Positions 47,599-56,748 of a stretch of 64,000 nt of DNA are shown here, one piece after another. The position numbers and the translations under genes are program-made. The notes below the pieces were generated by a model. It ran no database searches. It was not told where the DNA came from and saw only the letters and a program-made list of their open reading frames with translations. The stretch lies in assembly GCA_964510225.1 (NCBI GenBank), contig CAZEAN010000007.1, forward strand, positions 4,047 through 68,046, written 5' to 3'. This DNA comes from an uncultured Isosphaeraceae bacterium. Its GTDB lineage: Bacteria > Planctomycetota > Planctomycetia > Isosphaerales > Isosphaeraceae. Numbering within the stretch: the stretch's first letter is position 1; each line of letters begins with the position of its first letter.

Positions 47599-50500
47599 AT
47601 GAGAAAACGAACACTTCGGATTCGCCTTCTTTACACCAGTGTTCTCGTGGTCTCGCTCTTCGCCCCAAGAGTCGATGCTCAAGAGCTTGCAAAAGCCGGT
47701 ATTGTTCCAATAGGTGTCTCGGGAGCGACACTCGATCGCTGGATTGCAGAAGGTGCCGATCTAGTGGGGGTGAAGCGAGCGGAACTCGAGCGTTGGCTTG
47801 AGAATCTGGAGAGTAATAGCACCCACCAGAAATCCTCGACAGAGTACAGAAGGCCACTCCGGATCCGACATGAGCTGTACTGGGACGAAGGGGAATTGCT
47901 CGGTAAGTCAGCAGTACAGGTGGCCACCAGTCCAGCAGCAACAACACTTGTCGAAATCGCTCCCTGGACTCCTCCAGTTGAATCTACCCTACCCGAAACG
48001 TGGCAGTTGTTGCATCGTGATATTGACGGTCGGGCATACATCGTTGAAACACCCGGACGCGAGCCTCGAGAACTACAGTCATCGACCGAAGAAATCATGA
48101 TGGTGTGGCGGCTTCGGGCCCGCGATGGATCCCATGGTCGATCCTTCAGACTTGAGCTCCCCGAACTTCCTTCCACGGTAATCCAACTCAATCTTCCCGA
48201 GGGGTTGATACCTGAGCATCTCGTTGGTGGGGAGATTGTTCCTTCACAAGCGGACGAGCAAGGCCGCCAGATCTGGGAATACTACGAGACCGGAGGTACG
48301 GTCACACTCGACCTCCGAGAGGAGACAGATAACAACAGCGTCGGTCTCCCTTGGATCGAAGGGACCATGGAGATTCAGGTCGGTTCCAATCTTCGGTCAC
48401 CGAGCCCGACTGTTTCAGGCAATCCCTTCGCGCTCTGGAGTGCAGCGATCACTGTCGATCCCGATCCCACTGGCGGGTTTCTCCGACGGTTAATGCTCAA
48501 GCTTCCGGACTCGATGATCGTCTCCGATGTAGGACCGAAGTCTGTTGTAAGGGACTACCAGACCCTACCCGCTACCGACGGCATCGGGAACCATCTCGTC
48601 GTTCGGTTCGCCGATCCTCAAACGGGGCCATTTCAGCTGGAACTTGCTGGACTCGCCACAATTCCAAGACCCGAGCGTTGGATAATCCCGTCAATCGAGC
48701 CGGTCGATGCGATCTGGACCCGCGGAACCGTCCTAGTTCGGCTTGGTCCAAGCTGGTCTCTTACGGACTGTCAGACCCAGGGAGGAACCCGGATACCAGC
48801 GGAGACTCTACAGTATTCAAACTCGATTGGACCGAGTCCAGGACAGTCTACCGATCTTGCCTTTGCAGCACATCAGCCCACTCCTGTCGCGATTCTCGGA
48901 CTGCAACAGGCTGCCTCAACTCTCGAAGCCACGGTCCGAGGGACCCTGCTGGTGGGGACCGATCATCAAGACACCGCCTTGGTCGAGATTCTGCTTCTTG
49001 ACCAGTCTAACGAACTCCCTCCAGTCCTGGAGGTCGAGATTGGACCAGAGTGGTGGCCTCAACTTGGTACAGTCAGACTATCGGGAGTTTCGCCCGTTCG
49101 CGCTGACGTCCAATCCGATCCCAACCGGCCTGAACGTTCTCGCCTCAGCGTGACTCTCCCCAGCATCTCATCGACACTCGAATCGCCCGTCCGACTCACC
49201 TTCGAAGCAATCCCACGACAATCGAGTTCGCCGTCTCGAAGAGATGACGCTGTATCGGAGCTTGACGTCATCCAACTTCCGCAAATCCGCCCTTTAAACA
49301 CTCGGATAGTTGACGAAGAGTGGTCGGCTCGATCGCTCGGGAACGTCACGCTTGAGCCAGTCGAAGCGAGTGGCTTGGCTTGGTTAGACCCGAAGAACGC
49401 GTCGGCTTTTGACCTCAGTTCATTTCCTGAGACGAATCGAGGTCTCACGACGAGCCAGGTGTTATCCGGAGCGGAGAAAGCCCCACTACTTTCGTGGCGC
49501 TGGACGAGGGCGGATGCAACCGCTTCGGTGGTCCGACTTCGCGAGCAACAAGTGCCGAGGATTACGATCCAAAAGAAGGTAGTTCTAGCGCCTGGGAAAA
49601 CCAGAGTCGATTGGACACTGACGGTTGATCCATCTGGCAATACCCTGAGAAGGCTTCCGATTCGTCTGACCCCTCCAGGACGCTACAACGATGAGATCGA
49701 GTGGTCATTGATCGAGGATGGCCGCACCATTCCAATCCCCGGGCTCGATTCGGAAGGATTATTGCTGCCGCAGGCGACCGCACAACGGTTCACTCTGCAG
49801 GGTCGGGTCGTGACAGAGTTGCCAGCTGACTTTCAGGTTCCGGCCCTGACGGTTAATGGCTACAGAATGAGTGGAGAAGTTGTCTTCTTGGCCGATGATG
49901 CTACGCGCGCAGAACTAACTATCGATTCCTCGTACCGTCGACGGTTCGTATCTCATCCAAGAAGCGAACCGAACACGGTTGACACTGAACCGAGAAGACT
50001 ACGGATCCTTGAGGCCTTGGTGTTCGAAGGAGAACCTGTTCCCGTCCAGGTCCGATCCGAAGACCTGCGTCCAATCGAGATGTCGGGCGCGATCCTCCAA
50101 GCAGACCTCTTTAGTCTCGCTGCTCCCGAACGGTTTACTGTTCACCGCCTCAGTCTCGACGTTGTTCAAGGAACGCGGGACCATCTCGAGATTCGTTTGC
50201 CAAAATCCAGTGAACTGATTCAAGTCACCAACAACGGGGCTCGGGTTCATCCCGTACTCCAGAATGGCACCTTGCGGATCCCAATACTCGACCTTGCTCC
50301 GAGTGGAGCGGTGCTGGCGAGCGGCTTCGAGTCGCGACCCCGGATCGAGGTGAGCTATCGGACTCTGGCGACACCTCGCTTTCGCTCCATCGGTGCTGAA
50401 CGTCCCACGTTCTCTATCCCATGCCTTTCGTTCTGTTGGCAGCTGGCGACTCCTGATGATTATCGTCTCGTTTCTCCTGGAGAAGGGCTCTCCCCAGCGG

Positions 50501-53500
50501 GCCGATTTCAAGGGGGCCAGGAGTGGTTTTTGCCCTCTTGGAGTGCAAGAACGAGACGGCAACCACTGGGTGATTCCGAAATCGACCGACTCTTTGAACC
50601 GTACCGCCCTTCAGAAGGTACAGAAACTTTAGGCACGTTACTCGCCCGATGGGATGCGGGGAGACTCCCGATTTTGGTCGATTCATCGTCGATCGCCGAA
50701 CTTGGTCTCGGAGCGACGAGCCCAATACCAGACTCCACCAGTCTCGAACCCATCGCTGGATCGACGCTCTTGCGTTCTCTCGGGCTTACACTTGTTCCCT
50801 TTGGACAGTCTCTGCTCCTCACCAAGGTTGCAGATTCAGAATCGCCGCGTTCCGGACTCGGTTTCGGAGCACTCACTAGCAGAGCGTCTCCACTTAACCA
50901 AGCAGTCCTTGACGCGGTCACGCAGGGATCAGATCGATGGAACCAGGTTCTGACAGTTGAGCGTTGGCGATCGACTTGTTCATCAGATCCGACCATTGCG
51001 TATGAGCTTCCCAATAGTTCGTGGCATTTCCAACGATTTGTCGGTTCAGAATGGCCATCGGACGGTGCGTCGGTTCAAGTTCAGAGGCTTTGGCCTTGGT
51101 TCTGTGGTGGCACCGTCTGTGGTGTGCTTCTCCTCCTTGTTGCGGTGAGGAGAAGTCGTAGAGGATTCGGCTGGAGGAACTTTGGACTGACACTGGGGGC
51201 GTTGCTCACTGGTCTCTTCCTGTTGATGGGGAGTGATCCTCGCGCTGTTGTCTTCGGACTTGGCCCCGTTGCCGGTACCTCATTGGGCATGGCACTCCAA
51301 TTCCTCCTGGTCTTCCGCAGTCGCTTTGCTGCACCAAGAGTGCGGGGGGGGCGTCGTGGGTGGCTCATGCAAGCTGGAGTCCGTAGCGCCCTCGTTTTAC
51401 TATCGATTGGTACGATAGGTGGGGCTGCCTTCTCGGTTGCACCTGAAGTTTCCTCGACGATCCTGGCGTTCTACCCGTTGGACTCAACTGAGACTCAGTT
51501 TCCTCCGGGAACGCTCCTCATTCGGCGCGAGGTTTGGGAGAGGCTCCGAGCGACCAGAACCGGAGCGGTCTTAACGCGTGAAGATCCTCCCCGGAATCTG
51601 ACTAAAGTGGGTGCAGTTCGTGCTGTCCACTCCCTCTCTTGGGAAAATGCGGGGACGCTTCTCCTTGAAAGTCAGTTGAGCCTGATTCGGACCAGCGATG
51701 ATGCGGTTGACGAACCGGTCTGGTGGTCGATTCCAATTGATCGTCCGAGTCGTCTTGAAGTTATGATCGATGGCCAGATCGTGATGTCAAAGATCACAAC
51801 CGACGGGGATTGGGCTCGGATCCCTGTACCTGGAGGCGAACACGAACGGGCTGTCCAGATCCGGCAGTGGGTCGACCCACTTCGGAGTGGGCCAGACGCC
51901 TTGATTTGGGCAATCCCAATCAATCCTGTCGCCAACTCGACGGTCGCCCTCCAATCTGGTGGCGCAGAGTTGCTGGGTTATGCTGAGCCACGTGTGATGA
52001 CCCAGTTCGGCGAATCGGTACTGCTCAACGGCAAGACGGGTCCCGTGAGCCCAGGGGCAGTATCTCGACTCGAAATCCAAGTACCGCTCTCGGCAGATCC
52101 CGCCACGGAGAAAACGCTCCCGACTTCCGACTCTTTGAGCCTAGAGGGGACACTCACTTGGAGCCCGCTTCCGGCCGCCGATCGATTGGAGGCAAACCTC
52201 CAGTATTCGGGGCCTAGTCCTCTAGCGCAGATTCGATTCGCGATCGATCCCGAGACCTCCATTCGGGCAAGTGCGTTGCCGGACAACACCACAGCGCAGA
52301 TCAACCAATTTGATCAAGGTGAAGCAACGAGCATCGAAGTCCGGTTCGAGCCACCCATACCCCGCGGTGGTCAATTCGAGCTGAGTCTCTGGCGACCACG
52401 TAATACACCTAAGACCTCCAGTTCGAACCCTCGGACTCCACCACGCCTTGAGCCACTTAACATTCCCGAATATACAGGAACGCTCAAGCTATCTATCCCC
52501 AACTCGTTAGAGGGAACACTCGAGAGTGACCAAGGGGTGATTCGACTGCAGCGGCTTGAAGACAAAGCGCATCTTGATCGGATGCCGGGGTGCTACGACA
52601 CAAAGCCGATTGCTTTCGAGGAAGTCGTTGATTTTAGATTGAGCCTTCGACCGTTATCGGACCGACTTCAGGTGACTCCTGAACTTGAGATGACCTTGGA
52701 GCCGGGACGCTGGATCTGGGAATTGTCTGCCAGAGTGGACAATCTTGAAGGCCGACCAATCCGTGAACTTCTGGTCGATCTCCCTGAAGGGCTTACGCTC
52801 CTTGAAGCCAATGGACGCAATAGCGCTGGTGATTCCAGTTTGACCTTTCAATCCATAAACAGAGGAGGACAACGGTTGACCCTCCGCTTTGATGGACCGG
52901 AATCAGGAACACAATGGGTCGAGCTGAGCGGTTGGTTACCGATCGAGACTGATCCGATGATTGCAGGTCAGTCAACTTGGTCGAGTTACCTCCCCTGGCC
53001 AGGCTGGACTCGGACCACAGAAGTTTCAGGGACCGTCCGAATAACAGCGCCTCCTACAGCCGAGATTGAATATGAATCCCGCGACGGGACTCAAGCAACA
53101 CTTCGGGCTGATCCGACGAGTGCGGAACTCCGTGAGTTAGGGTTGATTCCAGTTGAGCAACCAGGGCGTCTTGGGATTACTCTTACCCCGGAAGTCCGTG
53201 TCAAGATCTGGAGCCGCCTAGAGATCGATGGCACCGTGGCAAACTGGGAAGCAATCGTGCGCTATGATGTCTCAAGTGGGCCACTGGAACGGATCAAACT
53301 CGCGCTTGACCCCGACTGGGCCTCGCGGGCCCAATTTGAGATCAACGGCCTAGAGTCGGTATTAAGCCATCAAACCGATGATCGTGTAGAACTTCGCCCT
53401 GATCGACCGATCTGGGGAGGCGCAGAACTCAGGATTCGCGCCTCGCGTCCCCTTGCGTCTAGCCAACGATCGTTCGAGTTTCCGACCCTTGTTCCTTACG

Positions 53501-54591
53501 GTCCTGGACGCCTGGAGGGCTTGATCGTCTCCCTGGTTGACACCACTGGAGAGCTTGAAATCCCCGAATCAACTGGTTTAGAGCCTGCCACCGATGAATC
53601 AATAGGCGAGCTTGATGAAGTGATCTCCTTCGAGCAAGATGCAAACGAGAATCGATGGGTTTATCGTGTTGTGGCACGTCGATCTGATGGTTGGTCCCTG
53701 ATCGTACCCTCCAATGACTCGGTACAGCAGACTGAGACCGACTCTACAGTGATTGGACTCGGAGACTTGAGATGCCGGATCGGAACGGAAGGGACTCTTG
53801 TCTGCCATGGTCGGTTTGAGTTGGATTTGGATCATTCGCCGTTCTTGCGTCTTTACCCTCCTGAAAGCGCTTCCCCCCTTGCGGCATCGGTGGATGGTCG
53901 GGAAGTCACTCCACAAATTGACAGGAAGGGCAACTGGGTGATTCCTCTCGGCCCGGGTCCGGTCCGACTAGTCGACCTCCTTTGGAACGATCCCGGAGTT
54001 CCTGAGACCCCAGAGTCGACAACATCGAGGAGGGAGTTTCAGCTTCCTCGACCAATTGGCTCTGAAACATCGCTCTTACTCACGGTCCGCACTCCCAATC
54101 AAGACCATCTTGTGATCACTGGCGGCGATGCGAAGCGGGGGCTTGCGACGAACCTTGGTGAACAACGTGCGGAACGCCTCGCTGGATTAATCTTGAGCCG
54201 ATTAACAGAAGACGATCGCTCCGAGGCGACCTTGGAACAGATCCGAGAGGATGTCCGCAGGCTTGCGATGAGAATCCGGACAGCAGACCGGTCAGCGCGT
54301 GGTGCGATGCTCCTCGGGTACGTTGACGGAGGTCGAAGTTCCCTCATTAGATCGGCAATACAACACCTAGAAGAACATCGGATCAAGGTAATCCAATCAC
54401 TCCGAGCAGCCGGCCTTGATTCTCTTTCCGACGAACTGTCACGGGACCGTGATCTTAGCGCCGTGGTCATTCCTGAACCCATACTTGACCCGTTTCCGGT
54501 CCAAGACCTCGGTATCCCCCATTACTTCCAAGCAACACTCTCTCCTGAAGCTCCTCTTGCCATCATCTGGGAGCCTGAACAGGTCGATTAA
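47599..54591 (+). CDS. Giant envelope protein 2 (about 2330 aa): signal peptide, about 1140-aa domain, central cluster of about 4 TM helices, second about 1050-aa domain. No recognisable domain
   Basis: The ATG at 47599 gives a classic signal peptide 'MRKRTLRIRLLYTSVLVVSLFAPRVDAQ' (the track ORF starts at the TTG at 47545). The TM cluster lies around 51085-51445. The reading frame is uninterrupted for 7 kb. Confidence 0.7.
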   Translation: MRKRTLRIRLLYTSVLVVSLFAPRVDAQELAKAGIVPIGVSGATLDRWIAEGADLVGVKRAELERWLENLESNSTHQKSSTEYRRPLRIRHELYWDEGELLGKSAVQVATSPAATTLVEIAPWTPPVESTLPETWQLLHRDIDGRAYIVETPGREPRELQSSTEEIMMVWRLRARDGSHGRSFRLELPELPSTVIQLNLPEGLIPEHLVGGEIVPSQADEQGRQIWEYYETGGTVTLDLREETDNNSVGLPWIEGTMEIQVGSNLRSPSPTVSGNPFALWSAAITVDPDPTGGFLRRLMLKLPDSMIVSDVGPKSVVRDYQTLPATDGIGNHLVVRFADPQTGPFQLELAGLATIPRPERWIIPSIEPVDAIWTRGTVLVRLGPSWSLTDCQTQGGTRIPAETLQYSNSIGPSPGQSTDLAFAAHQPTPVAILGLQQAASTLEATVRGTLLVGTDHQDTALVEILLLDQSNELPPVLEVEIGPEWWPQLGTVRLSGVSPVRADVQSDPNRPERSRLSVTLPSISSTLESPVRLTFEAIPRQSSSPSRRDDAVSELDVIQLPQIRPLNTRIVDEEWSARSLGNVTLEPVEASGLAWLDPKNASAFDLSSFPETNRGLTTSQVLSGAEKAPLLSWRWTRADATASVVRLREQQVPRITIQKKVVLAPGKTRVDWTLTVDPSGNTLRRLPIRLTPPGRYNDEIEWSLIEDGRTIPIPGLDSEGLLLPQATAQRFTLQGRVVTELPADFQVPALTVNGYRMSGEVVFLADDATRAELTIDSSYRRRFVSHPRSEPNTVDTEPRRLRILEALVFEGEPVPVQVRSEDLRPIEMSGAILQADLFSLAAPERFTVHRLSLDVVQGTRDHLEIRLPKSSELIQVTNNGARVHPVLQNGTLRIPILDLAPSGAVLASGFESRPRIEVSYRTLATPRFRSIGAERPTFSIPCLSFCWQLATPDDYRLVSPGEGLSPAGRFQGGQEWFLPSWSARTRRQPLGDSEIDRLFEPYRPSEGTETLGTLLARWDAGRLPILVDSSSIAELGLGATSPIPDSTSLEPIAGSTLLRSLGLTLVPFGQSLLLTKVADSESPRSGLGFGALTSRASPLNQAVLDAVTQGSDRWNQVLTVERWRSTCSSDPTIAYELPNSSWHFQRFVGSEWPSDGASVQVQRLWPWFCGGTVCGVLLLLVAVRRSRRGFGWRNFGLTLGALLTGLFLLMGSDPRAVVFGLGPVAGTSLGMALQFLLVFRSRFAAPRVRGGRRGWLMQAGVRSALVLLSIGTIGGAAFSVAPEVSSTILAFYPLDSTETQFPPGTLLIRREVWERLRATRTGAVLTREDPPRNLTKVGAVRAVHSLSWENAGTLLLESQLSLIRTSDDAVDEPVWWSIPIDRPSRLEVMIDGQIVMSKITTDGDWARIPVPGGEHERAVQIRQWVDPLRSGPDALIWAIPINPVANSTVALQSGGAELLGYAEPRVMTQFGESVLLNGKTGPVSPGAVSRLEIQVPLSADPATEKTLPTSDSLSLEGTLTWSPLPAADRLEANLQYSGPSPLAQIRFAIDPETSIRASALPDNTTAQINQFDQGEATSIEVRFEPPIPRGGQFELSLWRPRNTPKTSSSNPRTPPRLEPLNIPEYTGTLKLSIPNSLEGTLESDQGVIRLQRLEDKAHLDRMPGCYDTKPIAFEEVVDFRLSLRPLSDRLQVTPELEMTLEPGRWIWELSARVDNLEGRPIRELLVDLPEGLTLLEANGRNSAGDSSLTFQSINRGGQRLTLRFDGPESGTQWVELSGWLPIETDPMIAGQSTWSSYLPWPGWTRTTEVSGTVRITAPPTAEIEYESRDGTQATLRADPTSAELRELGLIPVEQPGRLGITLTPEVRVKIWSRLEIDGTVANWEAIVRYDVSSGPLERIKLALDPDWASRAQFEINGLESVLSHQTDDRVELRPDRPIWGGAELRIRASRPLASSQRSFEFPTLVPYGPGRLEGLIVSLVDTTGELEIPESTGLEPATDESIGELDEVISFEQDANENRWVYRVVARRSDGWSLIVPSNDSVQQTETDSTVIGLGDLRCRIGTEGTLVCHGRFELDLDHSPFLRLYPPESASPLAASVDGREVTPQIDRKGNWVIPLGPGPVRLVDLLWNDPGVPETPESTTSRREFQLPRPIGSETSLLLTVRTPNQDHLVITGGDAKRGLATNLGEQRAERLAGLILSRLTEDDRSEATLEQIREDVRRLAMRIRTADRSARGAMLLGYVDGGRSSLIRSAIQHLEEHRIKVIQSLRAAGLDSLSDELSRDRDLSAVVIPEPILDPFPVQDLGIPHYFQATLSPEAPLAIIWEPEQVD

Positions 54592-56329
54592 GTCCAACAG
54601 CAGTTTGATCGGTTTGATAGATCGCGATACTAACGTCGTCTGTGTAGCAAGCAGGTTCAAGCCGATCGAGTAGTTGGAAGTAGCCAGCCGGTGACCAAGG
54701 TCCGTGTTGTAGGGAGGCGGAGACGGGGACGTAGGTGGTGTCTGCCTCGATTTCGGGGGGGATGTTGTCGGGGGGGCCGTGGGCATCGATGACGTAACAT
54801 CGCCCCACCACACCATAGTAGCTTGGATCTGTATTGCCGAAGGTGTAGAAGGTGAGGTCGCGGTATTTCGGTGACTCCTGTTGTAGTCGTGCGAGCGATC
54901 GGGCACCTTGGCCCCAATCGAGGTTGGAGTCGGCTAAGATCAACCGTCCACCTTTGGTTCCACCAGCGAGTTGATTAAAGAAGCTCAAGTAGTGGGGATG
55001 TGTGGTTGCGACGGCAACGGTCATCATTGTGAGACCAAGAATCGTGATCCAGGTGGTGATACGAGACTTCGAAACGAGTCCCGAGATCCAGAGAATTGCA
55101 AAAGGGAAGGTCGGGAGGAGATAGCGGACGCCGTAGTTTCTCGAGGAGGCAAGCGCGGTGATTAAGATGAGGAATCCGATCGTCGTGACACAGATGATCC
55201 CTGGGATTGTAGGCTGTCGCCACTCACGTTGTCGGATGGCGTTCACGGTTCGAGTACCGAAGAACAAGAGCAAACCAAGCGGCACTTTGACGGCGAGTGC
55301 CACCAGGTAGTAGTACCACCAGCCTTGCATCCTCCGCTCTCCGAAGAGATAGCTGAGGCCCCCACTCCGCTGCATCCGGAGTTGGTTCCCGAACGCGACC
55401 CAGTCTTGTGGTAACGGTGTTTCGATGAGCGTGATCATGAGCTGATCCCAAGGCGCACCGAATCGATTGCTGAGAGTCGGGTGGACCTCGCCGACTCTCG
55501 GTGAAAAGGTGATCAATGCGCCACCTGTGATCACGAGGTCGGCTCCAAGCATCAAGACGCCATACCCGATCATCCCGAGGCCAATCCGAAGCAAGGCGCC
55601 GATCCATTGACTCAGGGATCGCTCTCTGCCATCGCGGTAGATCGACGTAACTAGCCAGGCGAGTCCGAGGACTATCGGCAGAATGACCGTGGTGAACTTG
55701 CACGAGAAAGTCACACCCGCAATCAAGCCCGAACCCAGAAACCAGCGTCTCCGTCCCGTCTCCAGAAATCGGCTGAAAAGGATCGTCGCGGCAAGCCAAC
55801 CAAGGACCAGTGGTAATTCCATCGTGATCAAGCCCGCATGAGCTAGTAGATTGGGGCTCAATACGAAGAGTGTTGCCGCCACGAACCCCGCTTTGGGGCC
55901 ATAAAGCGATCGGCCCCAGAAGGTCGTGAGGACCAAGGTGCAAATCCAAATCCAGAGTGCACCGATCCGGAGAATCGGAAGCAAGGTCGCTTGCTCCTCG
56001 ATCGGCTGGTCAATCAATCCTCCAAAGCCAGAGCGATCCAAGAGCCAGAGTGTCGCCGCCTGCTGGAGTTTCCAGAAGGTCAAGGGTGACCCCATCCGGC
56101 TGATCGTCTCTTCCGAACCCGTTCGCCACCAAGTAGTCGCAACCTCAAGATAGGTGACTTCATCATAGGTAGCCGAACTCGCCCACGCGGCATGGATCAG
56201 GAGTCCGAGTCCGAGCATGCCGACCAAGAACGCGCCTACATCCCAGCTTGTGAGGCCGCCCTCTACAACAAGGCGTGGTTTCGTCGATAGGACTTTAGCT
56301 GGGTTCTCACTTCGACTGATCTCAGACAT
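54563..56329 (-). CDS. GT-C fold glycosyltransferase (GT39/ArnT/PMT-like)
   Basis: First-loop 'SATYDEVTYLEVA' (DE motif), at least 10 TM helices, 'LYGPKAGF' and 'SPNLLAHAG'. The start may be the ATG at 56329 or the upstream start at 56401. Confidence 0.7.
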   Translation of the reverse strand: MSEISRSENPAKVLSTKPRLVVEGGLTSWDVGAFLVGMLGLGLLIHAAWASSATYDEVTYLEVATTWWRTGSEETISRMGSPLTFWKLQQAATLWLLDRSGFGGLIDQPIEEQATLLPILRIGALWIWICTLVLTTFWGRSLYGPKAGFVAATLFVLSPNLLAHAGLITMELPLVLGWLAATILFSRFLETGRRRWFLGSGLIAGVTFSCKFTTVILPIVLGLAWLVTSIYRDGRERSLSQWIGALLRIGLGMIGYGVLMLGADLVITGGALITFSPRVGEVHPTLSNRFGAPWDQLMITLIETPLPQDWVAFGNQLRMQRSGGLSYLFGERRMQGWWYYYLVALAVKVPLGLLLFFGTRTVNAIRQREWRQPTIPGIICVTTIGFLILITALASSRNYGVRYLLPTFPFAILWISGLVSKSRITTWITILGLTMMTVAVATTHPHYLSFFNQLAGGTKGGRLILADSNLDWGQGARSLARLQQESPKYRDLTFYTFGNTDPSYYGVVGRCYVIDAHGPPDNIPPEIEADTTYVPVSASLQHGPWSPAGYFQLLDRLEPACYTDDVSIAIYQTDQTAVGLNRPVQAPR

Positions 56330-56748
56330 CGGTCGATTCCATGACCCTGAGGCGGTGCAACGAGATCTAAACAAGAGACTCAATAAGCAGTTATTTAGCA
56401 AACTCTGAACGACGAGTGCAGGCCAACCTGGGGTCGGCCTTCGATTCCCAAGGTGTAAATTGTTAAACTCATGTCGAACGCAATTGCGATGGCTGAGGAA
56501 TTAAGATTGCCGCACTCTGACGAGTCGCTTACATTGTGTGAACGAGTCGTGATGACTCTGACGCGCGAACGAACAGACAAACCCGCCCGTAGTTAGCTAA
56601 GTTCGAGCAGCAAATTAGTTCAGCACCCGGAATTCGTTGAACTTGCTTCCATCCTTGGATCAAGATGCTGCTCGGCTCTCAATCGCCCTCCCGACTCGCC
56701 CTCCGAACGTCGTGCGAACACTGATAGGGATTGGCAGGTGACGTGATC

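Noticed and set aside
56510-56575. A CTGACGA word resembling the hammerhead ribozyme CUGANGA core.
   Set aside because: No matching stem II followed by GAAA, and no cleavage-site helix, could be built around it. The second copy reads CTGACGC and breaks the core.
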